Assembly (NCBI GenBank): GCA_965153285.1
Contig: OZ229110.1
Reading direction: 5' to 3' (one strand)
DNA length: 64,000 bases
Source of the DNA: Podarcis tiliguerta
Lineage: Eukaryota
The number at the start of each line of letters is the position of its first letter. The first letter of the stretch is position 1. Made by a program: the position numbers and the translations under genes. The notes under the pieces are model-generated. The model ran no database searches. It worked only from the letters and a program-made list of their open reading frames with translations, and had not been told where the DNA came from. Positions 22,601-35,750 of the stretch are shown here, one piece after another.

Positions 22601-25600
22601 ACCATTTCTGGTGCAACGAAACACCGTGACGGAAGCAAAAGCACACGGAAACATTGTTTACCTTTGTGCCACAGCGGTACCTATTTATCTACTTGCACTA
22701 GTGTGCTTTCGAAGTGCTAGGTTGGCAGAAGCTGGAACAGAGCAACTGAACAATACTTTGCAGATAATTTGCAAGTGTCTTCAGCTTTGTTTGCTCTCCC
22801 TCCTCCGATAATAAATGACCAAAAGCCCTGCACAAACCAGCTTCACCTGTATCATTCCACTTAGAGGTCAGCTAATTATGCAAAGCCTAGAGGGACACCC
22901 CACGGCTAGACAATCAAAGAGGCAAAGTAAACAAATAACTGGTAAGCACTTTTCTTCCTTCCCTAACCAGTGAAAAAAAAGGGGGGGAGAGTTTTTTTTC
23001 TTTCTTTTCTGGTGGTGTTTATGTTGTTAGTTCTCCCTAAATAGCTTTCCTCCATATTAAAAACGAAGGGTGTTTTTTTTATAATTTAAAGGAGACTATC
23101 TTTTTGCTTGCTTTCCCTCCCTACCTCGCTTTGATAAAAAGGGAAAGATTGGTGGGATGAGGGCTTTTGGGGAGAGCTGGCTGTCTTATGCTGAAATGGG
23201 TACTGTATGAGAATGATGGGGAGGGTGTTTTTCAGTAAGTAGTGAAAGCAAATGTGTGTCTACTCACATGCAAGCCCTATTGGATTCAATGGGGCTTTCT
23301 CCAAGGAAAGTAGAAGTTACTTTAGTTGAAATCAGTGGGGCTTATGCATGCAGAGATTCCACTTAGACCTTTGAGTGGGGAAGCAGATGTCATGGGGAGG
23401 TACGACGGGACCCTCTGCTACTGTGGGGAAGCGTGGCACACCCTCCACTGCTGCAAGGAGGTATGGTGATACCTTCTGCCCCTGTGGGGAGGCCCAGCAA
23501 GGCTCTCTGCCACCACAGATACATAAGATTTATCAAGATATCATGATATTTGGCTGGTGATATTACTATGATGTTGAAAACCAGCTATCACCCAGCCCTA
23601 CTCACCACCGCTGAGTGGATTCGAACCACCAACCTTCCAACTGGCAAACCCAAGAGGCTCAGTAGTTTAGATCAGTGATTCCCAATCTTGGGTCTCCAGC
23701 TGTTTTTGGACTACAACTCCCACCATCCCTAGCAAGCAAGGCCAGGGGTCAGGGATGATGGGAATTGTAGTCCGAAAACAGCTGGAGTCCCAAGGTTGGG
23801 AAACACTGACTTAGACCACAGCATCACCCGCATCCCTGTACAGCTATATATAACCATCCTGAAAAAAGGCTGCCACTCAGTGCTGTGTTATGTATATCAA
23901 AATGTGTATCAGTTTAATTCCTGAGGCAGGTAACCAGGGCAAGCAATAGTTAACTTATTTTGTTTGGGTAATTTATCTGACACCAGCTTAACCTTGGCTG
24001 CTGAATGTCAGCCAAAAGAGGAACTTTTTACAGCTGTTCTGAAAGTGCTCAGGCTTACTCTGATAGATATCTAGGTGAAGGTTCATCTGCTCTCAAGGAC
24101 ATGGGAAGGAGTCAGCAAGAATGACTTTATGTATCTTTGTTTGGATTTGGCACACAGATGACATGGTCAAAGCATTGCTCTTAGTTAATCTTAGCTGTCA
24201 TGATGATATAAAAGTAGGTGTATGGTTTATTTAAGATCACACTTCTCCTCCCAAGTTTACATCACTCCACATCTATCTAGCAACTAAGACTACTATGCAC
24301 TACTACTATGCACTACTATGGGACTTGCTTCCCAGTCAACATGCACTGGATACTCTATCCTACTTATGATTTCTCAGTATCTGCAGTATGCAACAATAAA
24401 ATAAATATATCCATTTGTACTTACTTGCTGGATATATTCAGCATCTAATAGGAGTTTAAACTACTTAGATTCATTATTTAGCCATGATAGTGTTCTTTAG
24501 GCAATCTTAGTACCTGGACACTATTTATTGTTTGGAAGTATTATATATTTTTTCTTTTGCTTGAGTCAACCCACCTGATGTGATGCCCTTCATAATTACC
24601 CTTTGATTCACTATGATCTGTCTACGGTACACTTTTGTACTCCATGGTTCAAAAACTATAATCAAGGATTGCTGAAATAGTGGGTTGAATTAAAAGCAAT
24701 ACATTTCCTATATTTACCACTTTGTACCAAAGCTTGCAGTGTAGAAAGAGATCACTAGAATCCCCTCATTTTAAGAATGCTCACACTATGAATGGCCTCT
24801 GGAATGTGACAGAAGTCTCTGAAGTATTTTTTGCCCATAAAACTCAAAGGAGAAACCCCTCAACAATAGAATATATGCAGAATCTGGTGTGTTGATCCTA
24901 CAGTAGGCTTGAATCAATCTGACTCCAGCTACAGCCTTGATTTCATGGAATACTAACCTCTTAAGCATCATCTTCCATGTACATCTAGCACTGTCAAATG
25001 GCTCTTTCACTTTATATTTCAATAAAATAAATTCTATTTCCCAGTTCACATAGCAATTGTTCTTTCTTTATGCAGCCATAGTTGCCAGTTCCAATTTGCA
25101 ACAGGGAATTATTAGCTAAGGAAAATAATACTTCCAAAGCAGATGCATTGTTCCTTGGGAAGAATGGAGTAGCAAGTCCACTGTTCACACCACTGTTCAT
25201 TCAGGAGTGACCCAGTGGGAAAATTCAATGCTAATGGCCCTCAAGGCCTTTCTAAAATCTGTAAAGTCTTGTTTACAGACAGCTTCAGAGGATAGTAAAA
25301 AGCAATGGGGCAGAGAGAATATCATCTCTGCTTCTGCCTCAGCCACTATGAATTAGCATATCCCAAAAATTGTTTCCACCTATACATAAGGTATAGAATA
25401 TCCAAATTCACTATGCCAGTGGCTCCCAATTAGTGGTTTGCAGACCCCGGGGGGCCATGTATCCCACCCAGGGGGTCCGTTGTACTACTGACATAACAAA
25501 AACTACCATAGAGATATGAAGATATTCAAAAATAGGGAGTCCATGGCTTAGCTTTTAAAAAACATGTGTCTGCAGTACAGTATTTAGCTAATTGGGAACC

Positions 25601-28600
25601 TCTGTACTTCAGAAAATTTAAGCCTGATACAACCTTTGAGGCTGGGTTTTTTGTTTAGTTTTTAAAGAATCAAGTAAGGTGATTCTGTTTGCAGTTGATA
25701 AGAGCCAAGCAAGTCTAGTGACTTTGAACCAAACCAGATGTGACCCAGGAAATCTGAATAAGATTTTTCACTTCTCTCTCATATTAAAGACAACGGGGTG
25801 TGAAATAATTTGGATAGGGACTGGTGTGCTGGGGGAAGTGTTATTAATAATTTTACCTTGTGCCATTTTCCTGATTTAAACAGCACTCAACTTTAAACTG
25901 CTATTTACCCAGAAGGGGAAAAACAGCAATTTCCAATGAAACATTTAAACTGGAGAAATTGCAGTGGGGGAAAAGTTACCCCAAGTACTCCACCTCCCCT
26001 TGGGTCCAAACAGTTTGACAGATATATGAAAAGCAGCAAATCTCCTGTTACATGTATGTGTCAGACTCTCCAGTGTTCTAAAACATACCCTCCCTGTTTG
26101 TAAAGATTCAGCTTCTGAAATCTGAATACATCAGCTTCTAATTTCTATATTTTATGGCTTACCTTAAGGTTAAACATTAACCAACTGTAACTACTGAATT
26201 TAAAATCTATTACTGTCATTCCTACCAGCCACTGCGCTTATGAAGGGGACATTATCCAAGTAAGAACACTAACTGGAAAACACTACACACATCATAAAAG
26301 TAAATGAATACTGAAAAGCAAGCTGTGCTTTTTTTTTAAGCAAAACCCACTTCACCTGGCTTAGACTGGAACTTACAGGAAATATTTTCTTCTGGTCACA
26401 TGCCATAGAACACTATCCAACAGGATCTCCCATGAATTAATGCATTTTTGAAGCCTACTTGCATGCTTTCATTGTGCTTATTCTGAATCACAGAAATCCA
26501 AACATCTACTCAATAAGTTGCTCTGCCAAACCATATACTTTACACATATTGCAGCATATTTATAGAGTGGGGCATACCTTCAGCAACACTTCCACTTTCT
26601 GTAATGTCTGAACAGAGAGACTGCACCACAGAACTAGCTCATGTTTGTACTACTACTTCATTTTTATTTCAGTTTGACTCTTCCATCTTACTTTACAGTA
26701 CCATCAATACTTATTCAAACATTTCATCATAAGAGAAAGTGACAAAAAGTCAAGTTTATGAATTAATGAGTTGTCCTGCCTTGCTCAGGTGACATAAAAG
26801 TATATGGTTAATACTGTGATCAGCATTCCAATCTATTTACAAAGAGGTTTTTTAAATACTAAAAGTTATTGTTTCTAGACTTTTCTGTACTAAGTTGCTC
26901 CTAAGATTATATCTATTTCCAAATCCTCTTCACTTCATAATCCTCTCTTGTTTAAGGCAAGTGATTAACTCCAACTACAGGAGCCATATATTTTGTTGGA
27001 TTTAAGGGAGGATTTGTCAGCATGTTGGCGTGAGAACTGGGTCTGATCAGTGCCTAGATGTGTAATTGCCCAGGAACCACATATACACTGCCTTTGGTTC
27101 CATGACAGCAGACAGGCAGGATATAAATGTAAATATAAAATATATATATAAATATAAATATACATAGTGGGTTTCAGTTTAAAAAGAACACTTTGTTTTG
27201 ACATTAATATCTACATCAATCTGGTATAGGCTATAAGGATGGCATTTTAGCCATTCTGGAGAGTCCATAAGTTTGAGAAATAGCAGTCTGCCCTGAAATC
27301 AGTCAGGGATTAAAAGCCACACTGCAATTTGAATTTTTATTCCTACAGCCACTCCCAAATTAACCAACTCACTAGAAATTTTGCAGTTCCATACTTAACA
27401 TGAATTTATGATCTTTTCTCTTGCTTAAACTGTTTTGGCTCAAAATATAGGGAAGACAACTTGGCAGGAGGTAACAAAAATGATCTACCCTGTATTCTAA
27501 GCTGAAACAGTTTAAGTAAAACTCAGGAGTACTGTAGTACCTTAATGATTAGAAGATTCATTATTAAGGCACAATGAAGTGGGCTCTTGTCTATAAACAC
27601 TTATACCACAATAAAACTGTTAAGCCTTGATGGTGTCACATGATTCCTTCTTGTTTTTATAAGCTGTGTAGGCCAGATATGTGTCTCTTACAAATTTGGA
27701 AAATGATTTATGGAGGGTGGGAAAAGGAATAAATGTTCTCCCATATGGAAGCGGAGGTTTATTTCTGTTCTTATTTTCATCATGTATTTTGTTTTTTATA
27801 TTGTAATTTTATGTTGTGAACCACCCTGAGATCTACAGGTATAGGGCGGTATACAAATTTTAACAACAATAACAACTGCTTTGCTGTTCTCAATTCTGCT
27901 CCTCAGCACCTTTTAAATGGTGCTGCCTTGAAAGCTTTGCTGAATTGCAGGGGAAAGTTTTTAAAGGAAATGCTGTACTTCTACTGTGATGTGCATTGTT
28001 ACGTATGCAGCTCATTTCTCATCTCCACTAGTATTACCCAATTATGTATATGATTATGACAATTACGACAAGGCTTGATGTTCTAAATTCGACTATGTAT
28101 TACTGGCTCCGCTCTTTTGTTCCTTAAAACACAGCTTCAGACATGCATTTTGGAGGAAGGGGGCGTTGAACATGGGACCCTTGTACAAAGGCTCCTTACA
28201 CAATTTAGAACCCAGGGTTTGGGATTGCAAAGGGGAAAGTCTATGTATGTAGTAGACCTTCCTCCCAACATATACAGGGCAGGGGGGGCTGAACTGGCAA
28301 GTAATGCAACAGTGAGAGCTGGGCCGGTAAGTGCAGTCCCATTGTCCCTCACATGATTGTAACTGCATGAAGCATAAAACCTGAACAGGGATTATGGGCT
28401 GCACCCAATACACTCAAACAACAGGAATTCTCTGGTTCCTCCTTCCCCCACTGCATCCCAATGTGTGTCCCAAATAGCCTTCTGGGGATCAGAGGACTCT
28501 CAGGAAATGCATGGAATGGGAGGAAGAGGGCTGCAGCTAGAGGGGGTAAATCAAGGGAATCCTGGCAGAGGCAGTGAGCAAGTCAATACCGTAAAGAACT

Positions 28601-31600
28601 AAGCAAAAGCAGTGAGTCAGGACAATGAAGTTTGCTAAAGAGTACATACCTAAGAGTGCCATTCTCTCCTTTGTCTAGGCTGGTAAACCGACTGTAAAGA
28701 CGAGTAATCTGACTGTGGGAAACTGAAGCAAAAATAAATTAAAATTTACAATTGAACAGCAACATTTTAAAATCAATTAATCCACACTACTTAATACAGA
28801 GTAATTTCATTACATTTCAGGGGTCAGGACATTGATTTTGCTGGATGTTTACATTTTAAAATGACTTCCATTCAGATTTTAAGTCCTATTACCCCTCTAT
28901 TGGTAAAACATTTCACTCCTTTATTAGTAAAACCAGGGCTTTTTTTCAGCTGGAACTCGCTGCAATTTAGTTCCGCCACCTCTCAGATGGACGCCATTGC
29001 CATTCTAAGACAACGAGGGAGCCATTCATGGTGAGTTCCAGTACCTCTTTCTAGACAAATAGCATTTGGTAAAACATTTCACTAAACAGACATGTCTTAA
29101 GAAGAGGTATGACATAGGTAAATTTATTACAGCCTTGCAAGAAAGTCCACAAAACATTTCCAAGGTTGCATGATGTCTAGTGGCCTATAGCTAACGAATA
29201 CAGTAGGCCTGCAGGTGAGGAACAGATATATTTTCCTCTCCCATCAGACTACCACATTTTTTTGTTGGTTGTAGATGAAAGTGCTTCACTTTTTCTGTGA
29301 CCTGCACAGAAACCAAGTGGACAATCTGTCCTTCCTTCACCAGCTCACCAGGATGGATTCCATACACTTGTTTGCAACCAATTCCTTGTCACCTATGGCA
29401 ACCAGGCAAAGGCCAACTACAAGGCTGAAGTACTAACTAGTCCACTGACTTGGCTAAGAGTGAAGCCTGTTCCTAGTCTCTCTTTAAATGCAGACAGTTC
29501 TGGAGCCCTAGGATACCTCAGCTTCTGGATAAAATCTAGTTTCCTTTCCAGCTGAAAGTAGTTTAAAGTTTAAACCACTCAGCTGCCAACACTGCAAAAA
29601 ACTCAATTAAAGCAATTCCAAATGGTTTTAAAGCATGCTAAATTGAGGAAGGAACAACCTTGTTAACTCCACAGAACACGAATCAACTTGATCTCTCTTT
29701 AAAAAACTGTTCCCCAGGGCTCTGATAAAAGAATACGAATACAGTATTCTAAATTTTCTGATCTATCATACTGGTTTCAGTGACTAGCTTTACCTAGCAA
29801 AAAATACTGTAGATGGCAGGTTTCAATGAAAATATGGCACATCCTCTCCTCACTACCAATAGCCTTTTAAGTTGCTAAGGTAGATCTCCCTGGCTACAAA
29901 GCTCTCCCTGAAATAGTTATTTTTAATTTTGATGATTAAATTTGCAGGTTCCATTTGCATTATTCCCCAGCAAACTATAACTTTAAAACAAGAGTGTGTC
30001 TGAAACTTTAAGCAGCTAAGGTTACAAGACTAGGTTTGTCTTTTTCTCTTGATATTAACTAAGGAAACATCTGAAAAAGTGTTATGAAATGCAAACATTC
30101 CAGGCAGAAAGTTTAAAAAAATTATTGATACACATAATCTGGATATTGTTCTTGTCTGACTAACAATCACCACCATGTAATTTACATTTCAAAGTCCACA
30201 TGCAGTGGCCTATTTGCCAAATAGCTGAAAGAACCATTTTAATATTACACATGGTATTTATAGTTTTGTCATACTTTTTTTGTAATTATATGCAAAACCA
30301 CATATTTTTACTTTGAGTTATTTGCAATAAGACTCTTCTTTATAAGTTAACGGACATGGGGCTTTATGACACACAGTATGTAAGCCACATTTAATTAAGT
30401 GTTTGACAGCAAGTTGGGGGTTTCCGACATTGAGATGAGCTTGCAAAAATTCTTATTACAAAAACTGATGGTGTAATTAATTATGAGTGGGATCTAACTG
30501 GTGGCCTCGCACTCAGACTTTTGATTCAGTGAACACCTCTGTTAATGGAAGTGGAAGGAATAATAATAATAATAATAATAGGGACGCAGGTGGCGCTGTG
30601 GGTTAAATCACAGAGCCTAGGACTTGCCGATCAGAAGGTCGGTGGTTCGAATCCCCACAACGGAGTGAGCTCCCGTTGCTCAGTCCCTGCTCCTGCCAAT
30701 CTAGCAGTTCGAAAGCACGTCAAAGTGCAAGTAGATAAATAGGTACTGCTGCGGCGGGAAGGTAAATGGTGTTTCCGTGTGCTGCTCTGGTTCACCAGAA
30801 GCGGCTTAGTCATGCTGGCCACATGACCCGGAAGCTGTACGCCAGCTCCCTCGGCCAATAAAGCAAGATGAGCGCCGCAACCCCAGAGTCGGTCACGACT
30901 GGACCTAATGGTCAGGGGTCCCTTTACCTTTACTTTTTAATAATAATAATTTATTATTTATACCCCGCCCATCTGACTGGTCTTCCCCAGCCACTCTGGG
31001 CGGCTTCCAAAAAAATATTAAAATACTGTAATACATCAAACATTAAAAGCTTCCCTAAACAGGGCTGCCTTCCCAAAGTGGGCTTTCCCAGACAGTCCCC
31101 CAATCGTCTACCCTTTTCAAAAGGGTCCCCAAACCCTGGAGCCAATTTTTGGGGACACTGGGGGCTGCAGCAAGCAACCAGCTTTCGTCCATTAGCAGAG
31201 GCATTCAACTGATCAAATACCTATCCATGGGCACAAAGGTACCAACTGGATTGACCCCATGAATTTGATAATTATGATAAACAGCTACCTGATCTGTTTC
31301 TTAAATAAGCCTTGAGACAGTAACTGAAACGTATCCTTCACCAAAACAAAAACATAAATTTTTGCATAAATTATATGCAATGAGATTGCCATCTCTAACT
31401 TCTCTTGCCAGAGCAATAGCTGTGCTAGTCTCTTGCGATGAAGACTGTTGTGGTACCTTAAGGACTTTTAGCATAAGCTTCCATGGACTTTTCCATTAGA
31501 TGCTGTATCTGCTAAAGTAGACTGTAGTCCAAACAACTGCTTGTGCACAATGAATTTGTTAACAATGTTGTTTTTTGTAATGAATCTTGCTTACGATGAA

Positions 31601-34600
31601 AAACAGAATCACTGAATAAAGCACAAAATAGCAACACTTACATGCACATTAAAGTTTCTGATTTATAATGTATTTATGTGTAGCCTTGCCAAGACCATAA
31701 CTCGTCTGCAGTCTTCATGAAGTGTGATCTCAACTACAGCAAGGGCCTAATCTCAAAAAATAAATATCAAATTCAGCCAATGCCAAAGCCTGGCTTTGAA
31801 AAGCACACAATTAACATCATACACTTTGATGTAGTCTCTGAAGTCATTGTGTATCTTAGCAAGTACATGAGAAATGTCCCATAGCAAGACATTGTAGCTG
31901 GCATTACGAACTGCAGGTGTTAAGGATGAATGACTCCCAATCAGCACCTCACATAACTGCTCTTTCATTAAAACTAGGTACATAAGCATATGATAGACAT
32001 AAGCTATCCTTAGACACTGTTTCACAGCAATAGTATCTGGAATGCACACTTTTCTAGAAATTGCTGCTCTGACAGGCTGCCAAGATCATTTTCTATGATG
32101 GCTCATTCCTCTATAGTTGACTAAAAAGGTACTACATAATTTCCAATTTTGATTCAGATTTTTCAGTTGATGTCTCAATTCCAGTCTTCTGACCTTTTCT
32201 TAAATGTTTAGTGATCCAGACCTTTACTGAATAAACAGTATTCTTCAGGTACTATTTCTGCTTCTTGCCAGTAAATTTACTATTTTGGCTCATTTTTAAA
32301 AGCCTTCGCATTTCATACTAATATATAAGTAAATGTATATGTGATGTCCATACAATATTGTTGCTGCTGCTAACATCTTTCTCAAAAATATGCTGATCTG
32401 AGAAAGTTGTGCTAGTTTATTTTACCATAAGCCACATACAGACATCCAACAAGAAAATGTAAAAAGCAGGGATGCTTTTTGCTAGCCCCAAACCACTACT
32501 GAATATAAACCATTGGGCTGCTTCTATACACCTTATGCTCCCGCTAATAATTCTATTTATTAAGGGTCAAATAATTGCATAACATAAAATTTAGCTTTCC
32601 GAGAATAAAGCACTACTCAGAATAGTAGTATTAACCTAGGGGTAGGCAACCTAAGGTCCGTGGGCCGGATGCGGCCCAATCGCCTTCTCAATCCGGCCTG
32701 CGGACGGTCCAGGAATCAGCGTGTTTTTATGTGAGTAGAATGTGTGCTTTTATTTAAAATGCATCTCTGGGTTATTTGTGGGGCATAGGAATTTGTTTCC
32801 CCCCCCCCCAAAAAAAATATAGTCCGGCCCACCACATGGTCTGAGGGACGGTGGACTGGCTCACGGCTGAAAAAGGTTGCCGACCCCTATACTAAACTGA
32901 TAGCACTATGACGACAAAATCTAATTGAATTTGTTTTTCTTAGTGCCAAGTTTGTACCATTGAACCAGTAATGAAAAAAATCAGTAGCTACTAGAGCATT
33001 AAACTATGTAATATAGCATGTATCACAAGGAGCAATAATTAGTGACTGTAGCTTTTGCTTAGTTTCCTCTAGAATTCCTCCTTACTGTGTTACTCTCAGT
33101 AAGCCTATCAGTATAGACATGCTATATCCCTATGGTAAATACAGTAGTTGCTTACATACACAAAGTAATTATTGAAAATAATATATTATTAGCTTCTTTC
33201 ATTGCAATTAAACAATTGAAAAAGGTGAGCTCAATCATGCAATAAGGCAGTAATCCACAGATCACCTGGCACTACCAGGAACTGCATGTTGGCAATTTAG
33301 AAAATGGAATGTCCTGACTGAACTTTTGTACTTTCACGTTTCCTATTTTTTCAAGCGAACTAACTACATGCTACATACTAGGAATCAAATATCTGTAGAT
33401 GGATATATTGTCATTTGCTACTAGTCAAAACAGTAGACGGGATTTGCTAATACAGAACTGGGGTAGGAAAAATAATAGTCATCTGTAACTAGTCTGTAGC
33501 TATAACCTAATAGCACATTTGTTTTCTGTTGTATTTTTGCCCACTATATAACGTTCTGTTGGGCTATGGGAGATGTACGTTACTAAGCCATGGAGCCATC
33601 AAGAGGCCTTAGGCAAGTTGCTATCTGAGCCTCAGAAAACAAGCTCTAAAATGAGAATTCCAACAATATCATGTGGGTGTTCATCTTTGTAATAAGATAA
33701 AGGCTATAATGTTTTACATCAAAAGTGCCCTAAATAAAGTTGTGCTAAAGACTATCAGAACTGCTTACACAATTGCTTCAGGGTGTCTCATGGAAAGGAA
33801 TTTATAAATGAAATAAAAAATGTTAACTAGTCCTTTGAATGCTCCAGTGCATGTCAAGAGGAAATGCATTATCAATCTATACATAATGTGCCACCAATGT
33901 GCATGACACTTAGATTCATAGAATTGCAGGAGGGGCACCTTCAACACTTTGAAAGAAAATCTAGAATGCAGCAAGCAACACTTCTGATACAGGTTGGAGC
34001 ATTCACAACACAAAGAGGCTTGATTTAAGCTAGCACTTGTCCTGAATGCTTACCTCAGAAACAAGCGTAGCACTTGTAATTAAGAGGGCCTGTATAGAGT
34101 TATTTTCCCTTCTCTACTCTGCTACAACTCACATGGAAAGAGCTCCTACAAGGGCTTTACACTCACCATAATTATATGGGGCAAATTAAGCAGAATAATG
34201 ATTTTAAAAATCACTAAGGCAGGATAAAGTAGGATAAAAATGCTCATCCGACCCACTGTCAGGTTGAGCACTTGACTTTAAAACAGCACATAGCAAACTA
34301 ATGTTGCAACCATTTCGAAAGTTCAGATGTTGCCGATTCATCAAGGAGAGGGCAACTCACAGTAGTCAGACGTAAAAAAAACCCCTCTCTTTTCTTACAG
34401 AAGGCTACCACACACACAAGGTGTGTATTCGGTCGGAATAGTATCGACGCCTACCGGTAGGTGCCAAGTTTATCAGGTCGGTAACTATAGGCTGCGCCTC
34501 ACGCAGCATACCTTGTACCAGAAGAGCGAAGAATTTGGCAACCGGGCAACTTGAAGAGGAAGGAGACACGCCTTTGGGAACATGACCTTTCTCGTCACGC

Positions 34601-35105
34601 GGCAAAAGGTGGTGACCAGAGGCAACAGAATGTGGGGCTCCTGTGCTTTTAAGAGGTGCGCAGGAGGAGGAAAGTCGGCAGGTGCCACTTCTCACTCCCG
34701 AGTCCTGTGACAGGATAAGCGGCACCTGCCGAAGTTCCTTTCCTTTCCCACACAGCTCCCAGGCTGCGGGCGACCCCGCCTCAGGCCAAGCCACAGGCGC
34801 CTCAGTCAAGGGTCACCCAATGCCGCCGAAAAGGCTCCCAGGTATATCGGCGAGGAATGGCGGTTGACAAGTAGCGACGCCTCTTCCCTCAGCCCGGACA
34901 CTTTCGGCCCTGGAAGGTGAAAACCCGCAGGTGGCTCGCCCGCCCGCCTCGCGTTACGAGACCGTGAATGGTTTTCGGCCGCAGAAAGCAAGGCCAGCCC
35001 AGCGCCCCCGGTCTCCAGCTGCTTCTCTCGGTACTCACAGCCTGTCTCCTTCTTGATCTCCTCAATCTCCTCGTCCCGAAGCAGCGTGGAAGCCCGGGAG
35101 CCCAT
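16556..35105 (-). CDS. CHP1: Calcineurin B homologous protein 1 (EF-hand NHE1 cofactor), 195 aa. Exons 35105-35039, 28722-28650, 22139-22059, 21013-20886, 18884-18823, 17335-17213, 16609-16556
   Basis: Spliced translation [74 protein letters not shown]...[28 protein letters not shown]...[32 protein letters not shown]. Exon lengths 67+73+81+128+62+123+54 = 588 nt; all introns GT-AG; N-myristoylation motif MGxxxS. Confidence 0.98.
17213..17335 (-). CDS. CHP1: CHP1 exon 6 (EF-hand 4)
   Basis: [41 protein letters not shown]; gcag acceptor, gtcagg donor. Confidence 0.97.
18823..18884 (-). CDS. CHP1: CHP1 exon 5 (EF-hand 3)
   Basis: [21 protein letters not shown]; ctag acceptor, gtatgt donor. Confidence 0.97.
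19133..19494 (+). mobile_element. Sauria SINE, full length, young
   Basis: GGGACGCGGGTGG head with pol III B box, (ACCTTT)n tail, perfect 12-bp TSD TACGAACACATT (19121-19132 / 19495-19506). Confidence 0.93.
20886..21013 (-). CDS. CHP1: CHP1 exon 4
   Basis: [42 protein letters not shown]; ttag acceptor, gtaaga donor. Confidence 0.97.
22059..22139 (-). CDS. CHP1: CHP1 exon 3
   Basis: [27 protein letters not shown]; gtag acceptor, gtaagt donor. Confidence 0.97.
22468..23836 (-). mobile_element. Sauria SINE split by two nested insertions (~22750-23600 and MITE 23673-23808)
   Basis: Tail and body at 22468-22748; head resumes at 23601-23672 and 23809-23836. Confidence 0.75.
23673..23808. mobile_element. 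Palindromic hAT-like MITE
   Basis: About 58-bp inverted arms cagtgattcccaa...ttgggaaacactg; degenerate 8-bp TSD gtttagat/acttagac. Confidence 0.8.
28650..28722 (-). CDS. CHP1: CHP1 exon 2
   Basis: [25 protein letters not shown]; ttcag acceptor, gtatgt donor. Confidence 0.97.
30581..30935 (+). mobile_element. Sauria SINE inserted in the (AAT)n tail of a LINE 3' fragment (~30936-31070)
   Basis: Head gggacgcaggtggcgctgtg, tail cctttacctttac, (AAT)n on both sides. Confidence 0.9.
32637..32889. mobile_element. hAT-like MITE
   Basis: TIRs taggggtaggcaacc / ggttgccgaccccta; same family as 50570-50806 and 54411-54646. Confidence 0.8.
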
Positions 35106-35750
35106 CGCGGCTGCTGCCTCACGGCCGGACAACCGCCTCGACGAAGCACCAGAGGGACTGCTCTTGGCCTAAGGCCGGCGGTCCTCCGTGCGGCGAGTCG
35201 GCCAGCCAATCAGCCGCGCAGACGCTGCGCCAGCGACCGAGATTGCGAGGGACACAGAGGGCGAGAGCGCCGCCCCTCTTCTTATCGCCGCCGCGAGCTC
35301 CGCCCCCGTCCCGCCCCCGGCAGTTCGAGGGGGGCCACGGTAGCCCCGCCTACCGCGCGTTACGCCTGCGCAGAACGACCCTCCGACCTTCTCGGTTGCC
35401 CTGATCGGTATAATTCTGACGTCACCGTGGGCGGTTTCTAATCGTTCTCTGGGGGAAAAATACCAACTCCAGTCCACAACGGCGATTATATCTACCTTGT
35501 ATTTGATGAACTTGGCATAGGCATTTAAAAAATATTACACCATTCTATGCTGGTTAGCCTCGAAAGTGTTGAAAGGTAGCGGGTCGTCCCCCCCTCAATT
35601 ATTGTTTACTTTCCAGTCTGGCGAGGCGCAAAGGACTGTGGGAATTGTAGTCTGGCGCTTACGCCCTCCTAGTGGTTGCGCAGGCTTCGCGGTCTTTAAG
35701 CTAGTCATGCATTCATTTCTATGTGAAGTCCAGGAAGTCCTCGTGAGTGG
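34400..35750. promoter_or_regulatory. Bidirectional CpG-island promoter shared by CHP1 (-) and EXD1 (+)
   Basis: CpG-rich; CCAAT near 35206; GC boxes near 35300-35350; palindromic CRE TGACGTCA at 35417-35424; ZNF143/THAP11-type TGGGAATTGTAGT at 35639-35651; candidate donor C|GTGAGT at 35742/35743 for a non-coding EXD1 exon 1. Confidence 0.85.
35039..35105 (-). CDS. CHP1: CHP1 coding exon 1
   Basis: ATG at 35105, [22 protein letters not shown], donor T|GTGAGT. Confidence 0.97.

Noticed and set aside
27520-27660. Further hammerhead ribozymes in old Penelope-like relics (also ~31440-31560)
   Set aside because: The catalytic CUGANGA and GAAA boxes are mutated.
34405-35477. Long ORFs around CHP1 exon 1
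   Set aside because: Only 35039-35105 is coding; the rest are CpG-island artefacts.
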